NCBI GenBank assembly: GCA_965112155.1
Contig: OZ218103.1
Direction: 5' to 3' (one strand)
Origin: Podarcis liolepis
Lineage: Eukaryota
DNA: 64,000 bases
Shown here one piece after another: positions 27,831-40,493 of the stretch. Position 1 is the stretch's first letter. Every line of letters begins with the position of its first letter. Made by a program: the position numbers and the translations under genes. The notes beneath the pieces are model-generated. The model was not told the DNA's origin and ran no database searches. It saw only the letters and a program-made list of their open reading frames with translations.

Positions 27831-28185
27831 CAGTGGTACCTCACAAGACGAATGCCTCGCAAGACAAAAAACTCGCTAGACGAAAGGGTTTTTTGTTTTT
27901 TGAGCTGCTTCGCAAGACGATTTTCCCTATGGGCTTGCTTCGCAAGACGGAAACGTCTTGCAAGTTTGTTTCCTTTTTCTTAACACCGTTAATACAGTTG
28001 CGACTTGACTTCGAGGAGCAACTCATAGAACGCGGTGTGGTAGCCTTTTTTGAGGTTTTTAAAGACTTTGGTGATTTTTGAAGCTTTTCCAAAACTTTCC
28101 CGACACCGTGCTTCGCAAGACGAAAAAAATCGCAAGACGACAAAACTCGCGGAACGAATTAATTTCGTCTTGCGAGGCACCACTG
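27831..28185. mobile_element. Young TcMar/Tigger-like MITE, 355 bp
   Basis: TA|CAGTGGTACCTCACAAGACGAA...TTCGTCTTGCGAGGCACCACTG|TA; internal repeats of TCGCAAGACG; CpG-rich. Confidence 0.93.
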
Positions 28186-31100
28186 TAGAGTGTTATGGTC
28201 CACACAAGCAGGAGAGGGGACAACCCATTTCTAATGGTAGTACTCAGTAGAAGAAGCATGTCTCGTTTGATGGGCCACACATAAACATGTAGCCTAAAGG
28301 CTATGCTTCTGGGAGTGGCACAGTTCCAAAGGCCTCGGATCAGTTCCTTCCACTAGGCAATTGTTATTTCTACTATGTAAAAAGAACCACGTTCAGCAAG
28401 GCTGAATGCTATGCAGTATTTCCTGGAATGTTCATTGCTCCTGTATCAGAGGATTATGACTATGAACACAATGGACCCTTCCTCCACTTACAATGTCCAT
28501 TAATAAAAATATGTATCACAAAATGCCTTTAAAAGCAGATGACAAATTTAAGCGCACAGCTACACATTTGCAATATTTATCCAATTTAAGCGAGTAAATT
28601 TAGGTAAGTTGAAAAGATCGCTGCAGGCAGGCAAGCAAGCAGGGAGGGAGGGTTTCTTTGTGCAAATAGGACCAATTACTGAGCCTCTTCAGAAAGGGGC
28701 ATAATATGCTGAGGTGGGAAATCCAATCCAAAGAACAGCCTGATACGTTTCTTTTGAAACTTAAACTAATTTGAAGATGATTCCTTATGTTGAACTTGTT
28801 ACAGAATAAGGAGAGAAAGGATCTGCTTGGACTGCAGCTCCAGCAAATTTCCTTCATATAACTTTTGTTCTACAGTCACATAGTCAGATTTTATAGGAAA
28901 ATTGAATGACTTCCAGTAATGTGCTCCAATAATGGCATACACTTTCTGTGGACACACACGAGACTCCTATTTCACTCCTCCTTTAGCCAGTGCAAGCAAC
29001 AAACCTTAATCCGTGACTTAGCATTACATCCAAACCAGGAATCATTGTTCGTTTCACTCCAAATGAACCAAGATGTTACGCCAATATTTGTTCTTGGCTT
29101 ACCAATCATGGTTCATTGGAACCAAAACAAATCTTGATCCCCAGGTAGGACATAATGCGAAGACAATGATTGTAGTTAGTTGCTTCCACTTGCTGGAAGG
29201 GAGAATTGAAGCAGGAGCAATGTCCGCATTCACAGTGAACCATTGGCTGTAGTTTGCTGTAACATATGAACTGGGCCAGCAAGAACGAAAGGTTGCTGAT
29301 AAATTTATATTTTTAAATAAACAAATAATCAGAACAGCATTATGGAGTGCCGGGGGGGGGGGGGGGGACCGACGACGACTGACAGAAGCAAATTATATAT
29401 GGCAGTCAAATGCACCTCTGATCTGTTTTAGTTTAACTGATTTGCCAGAAAGTACATTTTTCTGCATCAACCAAATTACAGAAAAGGCAATTCTGCCAAA
29501 CAAGGAAGATCAATGAACATAAACACACTGGTCTTCTTTAATACCCACATTGAAATAAGTGACTCCCACCTTGCAGTCTTTTCTGCATAGATTACTAGGT
29601 TCTTGGCCTGTATTATATTACTTGTGTAGAAGATCCTATAAAAATTTTTTATATAAGCTGTTCCATTAACATATAGGTCGATGCAACACTTTTGAAAAGT
29701 CTGTGGTATCAGATGAGGCTTCTAGGTTCATGTATAGCACTACATATTTGTTTCTATGTTGTCTGCTACAAATATGAAAGATATACCCAGCAAAATACTT
29801 ATATTGTTTGGCCTGGCATGGATTTTGTTTTTTTAAGTTCTCAACCAAGGGGGAGAAAGTTTTAAAAGTGAATGGTGTATTTATTGCTTCATCTGAGAAA
29901 AATAACCTATTTCCAAAATGCATTCTTTAAGAGTTGTTTCTTTATATTGTTATCTTTACTTGTTGTAAAAATAATTTGCTTTATAACGTAAAAAAAAAGT
30001 GGAAACTGCAACAATATGTTGCGGTGTACCCTCCCTCCAAATACAAGTTCTCTGTTCAGAGGTCCAGCCAGCCATTTCATCCAAACAGGGCATGCCACTT
30101 TCTCTCTCCTCCTGCTTTTTTTCTTTGAAAAATTCCTTGGCTACTGAATATGATCAGTCCTCACTGGACTGTTTCTGTGGTTTCTTCACCACTTTAGGCT
30201 CATTTAAGATTTTTAAAAATGCTTCTGCAAAACTGGGTGGGGCAAGGGGGTATAACAGTCTTCTCTCTGAGGACCTGTGGGGTTATCAGAACTAAGCAGT
30301 AGCTTACAGCTTGTAGCTGTATTTCAATCCACATTCTTACTTCATGCTTCCATTCCAGGTGTGGAAGTAAATGCGTGGTTTTTTTGGTTTTATTTTAGCA
30401 CCCTTTAATGAGCTGTAAAAACTTGGGAACATTTCTGGTAGTTTTCTGAAAAGCAAGTCAGTCTGCTGCAGCACCTCTGAATGTTTTCATGTTTTTGCCA
30501 TGGGCTGTCACTGCTGCTTTGTTCTGCATCACATTTTTGAACACCGTACTAAAATATTCCACAAGCTGCCACAAGGTTTAACCAAAGATGAACTCCTGAT
30601 AATTTAAAAATCACTTATTCTCTACTCCTTATATGAGGAAGTATTGCTGAAAAAACCTTGCTATTCCCCTTCCTCTTGCCCCAGACTACAAGACTCCTTA
30701 AAGCAATCTGATGAAAATTGTGCTTTAATTATTACAGCAAGGCTTTTTCAATGACTTGAAGATGCCACCTTCAGGACTTCGTGTTGCTACAAATTAGTGT
30801 TGAAGGCTGGAGAAGATGGGGGTGGGAGCAGAACTAGGATGCAGTCTTCCACCTTTGTCAGAAAGTCTCAGTCAAGGTTGCCACGAAAGACGGCAAGGGA
30901 TTGAGGAAAGAGGTATAAAAGGCATCTTTTCCCAGGGCAAGTGGGGCTCTAGCTCATGTACATGCAAGAATCAAGATCCAGAAAGTGATTTTTCATGAAT
31001 GAAATCAAGCCAGGAAATTATCAGACATATGGGCCCTTTATACTGATGGTTTAAGGTTGCTTGAAAAGTGCTTTGTGTCCCACCCTCTCCTCTCCCCTTT

Positions 31101-32019
31101 CTCCTCTTTTTTTTACAGACGGTATTTTTTTTCTGAGTATTTAAAATGTCTAAAAATGCTATATAAAAACTATACAAAAGGAAAGGGAAAAAAGAGCCAA
31201 ATAGACCTAAGTAGAAAAAAGGCAGCAGATCAAACTACAAGGAATCCATTGTACTGTGTCTTTTTAAAGCCCTGCTCTTGCTGCATCTCGCCCTGTAGTC
31301 TCTTTTTGCCTAACCCCACCAAAGATTGTAAACTCTCTGAACACAGAGCCCATTTCTGTTGTGTGCAGCACATAACAAAATATAGAGGCGCTTCCTTCCT
31401 CAACAAGCCTTTTAAGTGGAGATCTTTATCCTAGTCTGAATCTGTACTGGATTTAAAGCTATTTTCATATATGATTTTTTTTTTTTTTAGTGTGTGAAAT
31501 CATTTTGAGATACTTTATGGTTAGTAATTCATGAATAGACTCAAACAAACAAATATATAAATAAGTGAAGTAAGGCAAAACTGGGGTCAGATAAAATGTA
31601 TGGTATCAGCACCAGTGAAAGTGGAGTTGTAGTAAAAGGGTAGGGGTAGCCAGTCCATTAAATTAAGCATGAGGGGTGATAATCCAATATCGTGAAAGCT
31701 GGCTTTCTCTTCTTCCTTGTACAGCTCTAAACCTTGCACCCTCAAATTTACTCGAGGGGGATCCCCAACCTTGGCCATTCCACTGGCAGATAAACACTGA
31801 TGGATATCCCCATCTAATTAGGGACTGCAGAATAGCAAATTGCTGCCTCTTATCTGGATTTCTGGTCTTAAAGGGAAGCCTTAAGATAGCTGAATATCTC
31901 AACTATGGGTTGAGAAATACAAGGTTCCTCAATGGTAAGTCCCAAATGGGCCCAACTTTTTGTACTGCTCTCTCACTTGTTTGAATTGACTCACACCCTT
32001 TAGCAGTTCAGTATGGTAC

Positions 32020-32086
32020 CTGAAATCCTCTGCTGTTCCTGAGAAAAGTCAATGCCTTCACCAATGGAGCTCATTATTTTTTCAAT
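32020..32086 (-). CDS. ANKS1A: ANKS1A exon, 67 nt ([23 protein letters not shown])
   Basis: TTTTTCAG| acceptor, CAG|GTACCA donor; phase 0 to 1; near-identical to the recalled human peptide. Confidence 0.95.
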
Positions 32087-33706
32087 CTGAAAAACATAAG
32101 AAATTATTAGTGATAATTGAGCAACACCTGACTAGAGAGCTTCTTAATCCTATAATTGTATAAAGGTACACGTCCAAGAGATATGTATTGCTGTCTGGAA
32201 ATAATAAATTCATGGTAAATATAAGAGAGAGAAATCTATACAAACATCTTACCAAGCTGATGACTAGCAAGAAAGTGATAACATTTGTTCATACTATAGA
32301 ATAATCTATTCCTCTGATCTCACCTTAAAATACAGAAACTCCCCACTACCAATAAAGAATATGCCACTTCAGCTAAGAAGGGAACCTTCAAGGCAAATAA
32401 CCCAATACCAAGTTGCTTCTACTGAAAGGCTGCAAAGACATTAGGATGAGCTGGAAAACATGAACAGAAAGCAGCAGTATTCTAAAGTACGTTTCAACCA
32501 GGAAGAGAGAAGCCAGTCAATCTAACTGAACTACAGGTTCATGTAGATGCTCCCAAGCATTTACATCTCAAAAAAAGGAATCCATTGTTGCAGTCAATGC
32601 CACATTCTGGATTTGATTTTTTTTTTTAAAAAACCCACCTCTACATCTTTTAAAAAGTACTTTGACAAGTGGTCTTAAGTACCAACATCTAAGCAGATCT
32701 TCAGCCTACAGAGCTTGATGCCCAGGCGCTTCTTGTGCAATCCTGGAGAAAGGAGGAGGAGGAGGAGCTTCTTTGGGTTTGTTTGTATGCTCAAAGACCT
32801 AGGAGTACTGTCTAGGAATAGACATGCATGGCAAATGGTGTTGATGGGTTTATGCCCAATTCCTGCAAGACAATGATATCTAATACTCCATTTAGTTCTG
32901 CACTGTTCAACCCACAAACCTTGACATATCAAGTTACTGCACATCTCATTTAAGTTATCAAGTTTAAGATGCACTTTAACAGCAGTGGAAATAGACTTCT
33001 GTGGTATTTCTTCATAAGATCTGCTATCTTATGCTACCATAATAAAATCAACTTATTATGAAAGAGAAGACTGAATCTCAAGATGACATCCCTGACAAAT
33101 TACCAAATTAATGTAGAACTGCTTCTTATGAGCAAATGCCTAAGGACATTTAACAGACACAATCATTTATTTTCCCTGTTCATCTCACTTCTCCTGCATC
33201 AACTTTTAGATTGTAAACTTTGGGGGGAGGAAAGTACCATGCACATTAATTGCACTACAAGTAAACAACATCAAAAGTAGCAATAGGTTAGATTTACTCC
33301 TGTTGAGACACCACTGCTTTGTTTTAGCAATTTTTTCAAAAGCAATGAAAGGCCACTCCTCTCATTTTTTTAGGGTCCTCTATGGGCTACCTCTAAAAAA
33401 TTGACATTAAATTCACATCCCCTCAGTATGATTTTATAGAAGTAAGCTTGTAGCATAATGTCTAAATGTCAAAGACCTCCAGCAGGAAAAAGCATTTTTA
33501 TCCAATAATCATGAGTTACAACATGTTTGATATAGCACGTTGACTTTTATAGGACTCTACAAATAGCACCAGAACAGACTCAAATGTTTTCAAAACCCAG
33601 CAAAGGAAAAACACAAACACCAAGAAAGCAGAAAATAACTGCACACTAAGCAACCCCAGCAGTCAGCCTGCTTCCCAGATTAGGCAAAGTTTTGCAGGTT
33701 TCTTAC

Positions 33707-33757
33707 ATTGGAGAAAGATTGAACTTCGACGACATCAGGCACCTGCTGCTGAAACTG
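33707..33757 (-). CDS. ANKS1A: Candidate cassette microexon, 51 or 48 nt (QFQQQVPDVVEVQSFSN)
   Basis: TTTTGCTCTTTCCCAG|CAG tandem acceptor, AAT|GTAAGA donor; phase 0 to 0, the same as the host intron; no stop. Confidence 0.55.
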
Positions 33758-34568
33758 CTGGGAAAGAGCAAAACATGCGTTTCAATCCATTAAGTTAAAA
33801 ACAATTTTGTCTAGGAGAATGGATTATACAAGGTCTCTTCTTAAGACTGTTTGATTCAGAACAGCACAAGTTCAGGCCAGAATTTAATAAAGGGCCATGT
33901 TTCCTTTTTTTTTTTTTAACCATGAGTTGCCTCCTGGTCTTAAGCACTGCAGGTAAAGTTTTAAACTATTCTACAACTTCTATGGTTGGCTGTGCAATTT
34001 AGCATTAAAATGAGGTAGATACTCAAAGGCAGATGTGGAAATAGGGTTCCCAATGTTTCTAGTGAACTAAACTATTTTCAGATTTTCTGTTTCTCATACT
34101 TCTAAGAAGCAGGTACTTTACAGATAGTTACTTTATGTTACTTTATGTATTTCTTTGGGGGCAACATCCTGAAAGGAGCTTTCTTAGATTGCAGTCATGG
34201 GGACCATGGGGATGCAAGAATAAAAAAACCACAAAGACAAGCATTTTGAAGTCCAATATACACAAAACAGTCCAATCCAATAAATTTTTTTCCTGAGTAA
34301 ATAAGATGACCCAATAGAAACATGGATTTTGATCAGTTATTTCAGCTGAATTACGTCTTTTTATTCCTGACAAATGCCAATATGTGTAAGAGTGCAGATA
34401 ACTTTTTTGAAGTCTAAAAGTATGCTTCTCCCAAAAGCATATACTGCAGCTTAGATAGCAAGACACATGAGCAGTGCCCTACTCATGAAATGGGACTATC
34501 TTGCTCTCTCTTCCTGATTGCATCTCAGTGCTTTGTGAAAAGATTACCTTGTGGGATATTGTGTAGAG

Positions 34569-34704
34569 CAGGCATAGCCAAACTTGGCCCTCTAGATGTT
34601 TTGGGACTACAACTCCCATCATCCCTAGCTAACAGGACCAGTGGTCAGGGATGATGGGAATTGTAGTCCCAAAACATCTGGAGGGCCAAGTTTGGCCATG
34701 CCTG
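34569..34704. mobile_element. Palindromic hAT-Charlie-type MITE, 136 bp
   Basis: Near-perfect inverted arms CAGGCATAGCCAAACTTGGCCCTC...GAGGGCCAAGTTTGGCCATGCCTG; perfect 8-bp TSD GTGTAGAG at 34561-34568 and 34705-34712. Confidence 0.95.
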
Positions 34705-37070
34705 GTGTAGAGGCTCAGAGGACAATCTTTCTGCCCCCTTACATGAGTTGAAGTGACATTTCAGTCATGCTAGAGACCCTTGGATCCAAATCACATGTTC
34801 AACTGCATTCAGATGATACACCATTCTTTTTCTCCTTCCCCACATACACACACTTGCTTACATCACAAAAAAAACCCCTCACATGTGAACTTTGGGGTTG
34901 CTCTTTTTAAAATGGAAAACACCCTCAGATTTCTTATGCACCAAAGTTATATGAGAGTAGCATGGGATGGCTTAATATCTGAAGGGCCTTGTGAAACCCA
35001 CAAGCTTATAATCAAGTTAAATAGTAACCACTAGGCAAATTCAAGTACCTATTCTCTGTGGCCTACCTGGCAACAATTCCCTATACTTATTACTGTATTT
35101 ATTACATTCATAATTTTCAAAGGGCACCTCAAGTTTACCCTTGAAGAACAGTTGCGATCTAGAAGGTCAGAGATTTACAGATGCTTTGAAGCCTTCACTA
35201 GCTCAATGCTTTGTTATCCAGAAATGTTGGCGGTAGATTTTTTGGGTGGGGTGGGGAGAAATAGAGGAGTCCAAGTAAACAGTCCATTTTGGTAACAGTA
35301 ACTAGCTCTGCTCTTTTATCGCTCCACCGACAAATCCTATTATGCACACCCAACATGCAAGTGCCTCAGCATTTAAGCCTAACAAAGTCCCTCCATTTAG
35401 CACAGCTGTGCCCCTCCCTTAGTGGAAATGTGGACATTTGCCAAAAGGCTTCATTTAGCATGCACTAACAAAAGCAGCTTGACATACTCTGTGCTGGAAA
35501 ACAAACAGAACTTCCATGTCTGTTAATATCTTTTGCCTCTTCAATCCCAGCTGATGCATAAAACACTTAAACATAAAATTCTTCTGTAAAAAGGTAAGTG
35601 CCCTGAGGGATGCTTCAAGGCTGCCCACCTTGCTTTTCCCAGTCTCTGCTAATTTGTTTCAAGAGTGTTTTTAAGGATAAAAAATAGCTCAATGAACTTC
35701 AATGAAGGGAACGCATAGAACTCCCTTCTGTGCCAAGTTACTTAAGTTTTGATGAAATAATTAAAAATGCATCACAAACGGCACTAGTTCTGCCTTAGTG
35801 CTGCAGGGCCGTCAGTATCAAACTGACAAACAGGGAACGAAAGGCGTGTGCACCCCTCCCATTTAGATACTTCTCACGAAATCCCATTGAAACAGTTTCC
35901 CCATGTAGAACCCCCCATAACCCCTGAATTTAAAAAGTCAAAGGGCATTTTGGCATGAGAGCTGCTTTAGGCAAAGCTGCTTCCTGGTATGCCCATGCTA
36001 TTTTTGTCTGCATTTTGCTTTAAGCAGTTCTCAAGTCAACTTCAAAAATTGCTGTTTAATTTTTGGGTGATGTCTCTGAAGCCCTGGCTTCTGATCACTA
36101 ACAATCCTATGAATTGCTTCTGAGGTTAATCTAGCTATCCCTTTGAACCTACTGCCATCCCCATAAGGCCAAGAACATTGATATTTCTTTTTTTCTTTTT
36201 TTTAAGTGCTTGGGTTACAGATTTCTGTGCCAAGCATAAAATTCCATGCTTGTGCACAGCCATTCATATAAAAACAGTACAGCAGGGAGACACAGCTCAG
36301 TGCATGTTGTGGTTTACATATGGTACGTGTAGTAACTATCTCTAGATAGGCTGAAAATAAATTCAAAATAAAAGGTCTCTCTGTGATCAATGTTTTTAAG
36401 TGCTACAGAAAAGGAGCAACATACAGTTTGCTGCCTCGACAATTTCTTGCAAAAAGGACAAATCATTCCCATTGCAACATAACAAGCATCTAACTGTGCC
36501 AACATTATAAATCCAAGATAGTATAAAAAGGAAATGGTGATGCTGTTGCAAGTCAACCTGGTTTAACAGCTTCCAAAACCATGGGAGGTGAACTGCTACC
36601 AGGGAATTTAATGTGTGGGCAATCCATGGTGCAAAAATTTGAACAGAATCTAGTAAGCACTCTATCTTTGAAAAAAGCAAGATTTCTCATTCTAATGATT
36701 GCAGGAATATATTTGGAAGCATTTGTCAAGTTGCCAGTCTTTATGCAATAGAGTCAACTCGGCACAGATCAAAGCTTTCACATGCTTCTCCCATCTTTTC
36801 CAGGGGAGTGCTATTTCTCAGAGTGCAAGCACAAAAATGTTGTTGAAGGTTAATTCTAACCAACTTCTATTACTGCTTTTGTCAGTGCACTCGATCATGC
36901 ATCAAGGTGAATGCCACCACCAAACCAACCCCTCAGCATGTTTATCCTGGCAAGTGCCACTTAGTTCTATGACACTTTTGTACAAAACATGCATGCATGC
37001 ACAGGATTGCTGCCATAGTGGAGCATTCATATGCTTTGCTCACTTTTCGAGCAATTTGGTATTAGGATTT

Positions 37071-37225
37071 CATACAATCGTAGGGTGTAGAGTTAGAAGG
37101 GACTGTGAGGGTCATCTAGTTCAACGCCCTGCAATATAGGAATCTCAACTAGAACCTCGGCTTAAAAATCTCCAAGGAAGGATAGTCCACCACTTCTTAT
37201 GGAAGTTGGTTTCATTGTAAACAAG
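37071..37225 (-). mobile_element. CR1 LINE 3' fragment
   Basis: TAGAGTTAGAAGGGAC...GGTCATCTAGTTCAACGCCCTGC...AAAATCTCCAAGGAAGGATAGTCCACCAC is a CR1 3' end in reverse. Confidence 0.75.
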
Positions 37226-40013
37226 TGATAGTCTGGAGTGGAGAATTTCTCCAAAGGCCTAGTCAGATTATTATCAGCCATGATTGGACATATTTTTTAA
37301 AGACACTCTGAAATAATTTTTGGTCAGCAGCACCAAAGAGCAGCTCAGGTTTGTGGGTTTCATCCTATCACCAGGCAAGTTTGAAGGGGAGTTAAAGCTT
37401 CTTGTTTAAAGCTAGAAGCTAATATGCATCCAAAAAAGGCCTATTACTATGTTAACCACTAATACTTTGGGAAACACAAGCTACAGGCTTTTTTCTTCTC
37501 AACTTTATCCAGTATTTAACTTTTCTTCAGCCAACCAGTGAAGGATCAGTTGCTGGACAAAGTGGGGCATACCCTCCTAACATTCTGAGTCTCTCCCCCA
37601 CCCCCCACCCCCCGTCCCAAATCTGCAAAGCCATAGTTCAGCCTTTCTACTGTCACCCGCAGTCATCATTAATGCATTTACCACTGAATGAGATGCTTAC
37701 TAGATTTTTCTGCTTATCTCTGCTTAGCCAATCAAAATAATCACTACCAGAATGTCTCGAGTATCTTTCTCCCACAGAAATTGCTTTGGTGCGGCAATGG
37801 ATTCTTTTGCTCATTTTCCTCCCCATTTTCCTCAGGAGTGATGGGGGGAGCTAAGATTTAGAATGAGTAGTGGGGGGGGTGTCCACTGGTAGCGCTCTCT
37901 GTTAATCAGCCCATCCTAAGCCAATTAGCACCATGCATTCTTCCTGTAGGTGTTCACAAGCCAATCAGAACCATGCTTTTTTCCTGTGCTGCCATCTGCA
38001 GCATGTGCCAGAAAGATAGATACTCAGAGTGGGACCCTTGTTTACTTATCTTTTGTGTAAGCATGGAAGGGGAGAAATATTAACCTGAAGTATATTTTTA
38101 ATAATATTTAAATTGCATAATGTGTTCTGATTTTCATTTAGGGTTTTAACTAAATTAAAGGGAGGTGATATAACTACAGTTAATAAATTAACACCAGTTA
38201 CCCAGGAATAAGCACTATTGAATTCATTAGGACTTATTTCAGAGTAGACAGGTAGCTAACAGAATTAGATTGTTCACGTTACTGCTCTTCTATAACCAGC
38301 TTATCTTATTGAATCAATTAAAGCAAGTGAGCCTGTTTTCTTTTCATGCCATTCATGATTCTTCTCTTCCACATTTTATCCTCACAACCCAATGAATAGC
38401 CCAAGGTCACCAGGGCATTTCATAATTGAGCAGTGGTTTTAACCCTGGTTTCCTACACCCTAGTCCAGTTAATATTCCTCTGCATTCTGGAAAGAAGGCA
38501 AAGTAGTAGGTAAGTTGGAGAGGGGAGGACAATCTTTTTCCATAAGCCTGGAAGGTTAGGGGGACATTTGGCACCTTTAAGAGTAACAAATTCACGTTCC
38601 AATCCTAGCTGGGAGCCATCTCAACTGAATTTAGTAAGACTTGCTCCCGAGTAATGTATGGTTGTTGTGACATTAACTTACACTATGAATTTTGACAGCA
38701 GGACCCTTCTTAAATATGGTTAGACACTTTTCAGTTTACTTAGGCACCAAGTACTCCTATAACTGCAATGCATTTGTTTCAACACCTCTGCAAGTGAGGA
38801 GGGTGAATAGAAAATCAGAACTTTGTCCTGTCAATGCCACCTCCTTGGTCCCACCCATGTGACTTTATTGGCCCCACCTACATGACCCCCTTGGCCACAG
38901 GTAATCCTATCAGGTCCAGGAACTACCAAGTGTCACTGCAGCAAATCGAGTGCTTTAAAAAATATTGTATACAACTTCAGACCTCCTTCATCCCTTTCAG
39001 AACATTACAGAAAGAGGCTGACAAGCTTTCCTGGACTTGCTGCTGCCACATAAAGCTTGGTGTATGTACCTTTGCATGAGGTTCCAGGGAGTAGCAACAA
39101 CATATCTATAGGGTGCATCCCCAAGTGTTTCTCTTTTCTATGGTTTTTTCCCCCAGTCAAACTGGGGCCATTACATAAAATGTCAAGCAGCTCTGAAAGT
39201 AACAAGTTGCTTCTCTTGCCTGCATTGTGTGTTCCCACTACAGTTCAGTGCATCTGTCAACTATCATGGAACTCTAAGGAACAATGTTTTATTACTGGAA
39301 CTTCAATTATTCTTTCCTATAAAATCAATGCATATGAGGTAATATTACCCAGTAGTGACCGGTTTAATGATTATGGGAAAGAGGTTGTGTTTATTTGTAG
39401 CAGGGATTTGTGATAACAAAATAGTAAAAAAGTAATCAGCAAAACAGTGGGTGGAAGACACTGCGGAAGAACTATATGCAGTGCTTTTGGGGGGTAAAAA
39501 AAGTGAGGTGTCAGTACTTATATATTGATATAAGTGTCATAGGTGCCAGCACAAATTGGGTGCCACAGGCAGCAAAAAGTGAGTGGTGTCATGAAAAAAG
39601 CCCTGACTACATGTATATTTTGGGCTACAACTGAAAAGTTGTATAAAATATAATCTCTTTTTGTTCTGTGTTATGTTCTATACTTCTAAAAGCCACAAAC
39701 TTGAAGTGCACAGTATTTTGATTTGACAGTCCAAACTATATCTTACAAAATAACAGCAAAACAGAACTCTGGATAAGGTTATGTTGGTGTTAATTTTCAA
39801 TTCTTTGTTTCTAAATGTACACAACAGCACAATGGAGAAGAAATCTGATTAAATTTGTAGTGAAACTGACTAGCTAGCAAGCATCAAAAAGAACACTATG
39901 GGTTTAGGGTATGAATGGATTTCCCTCACACCGCACAAAACATGAGAATTTAGATAATAGTTAATTGTACAGTAAAACCTAAAACACAGGCCATATGGAT
40001 GTGGAATGCTATA

Positions 40014-40258
40014 CAGTCATACCTCGGGTTACGAATGCTGCGGGTTGTACGTTTTCGGGTTGTGGACCGCACTGAACCCAGAAGTACCAGAACGGGTCAC
40101 TTCCAGGTTTCGGCGCTCACGCATGCACAGAAACGCAAAATAATGTCACATGCATGCACAGAAGCGCCAGATCTCATCACGTGTGTGCGCAGACGCAGCG
40201 CTGTGGGTTGCGAACGTGCCTCCCACACAGATCATGTTTGCAACCCGAGGTATGACTG
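40014..40258. mobile_element. TcMar/Tigger-like MITE, 245 bp
   Basis: TA|CAGTCATACCTCGGGTT...AACCCGAGGTATGACTG|TA; perfect 17-bp TIRs. Confidence 0.93.
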
Positions 40259-40279
40259 TACTATGCTGTATGTCTGGTA

Positions 40280-40493
40280 GCTGTATGTCTGGAATTTCCC
40301 AGACATAACCGGGATTCGGTCGTCAGATACAGTGTCTGGGTGGGAGTTGGATAAATGTCCAGGAAAATCTGGATGTGTGGCAACCCATGTCGGAAGTGTA
40401 GATTTTGGTGAATTTCACTAAAAATAGCTCAAAAACTAAGAGCTCAACAACTTTTGTGTCTGGATTTTCACTTTTTGAAATATGGTGACCCTA
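40280..40493. mobile_element. hAT (Blackjack-like) MITE with a damaged 5' end
   Basis: Colinear with 10573-10816 (AAATGTCCAGGAAAATC, GGCAACCCATGTC, TCTGGATTTTCAC..GAAATATGGTGACCCTA). Confidence 0.8.

Noticed and set aside
27833-28280. Cluster of overlapping K/S-rich ORFs
   Set aside because: They lie largely within the 355-bp MITE and show no transposase motifs.
36699-37139. 146-aa plus-strand ORF
   Set aside because: Non-ATG start, low-information composition, and it ends inside a CR1 fragment.
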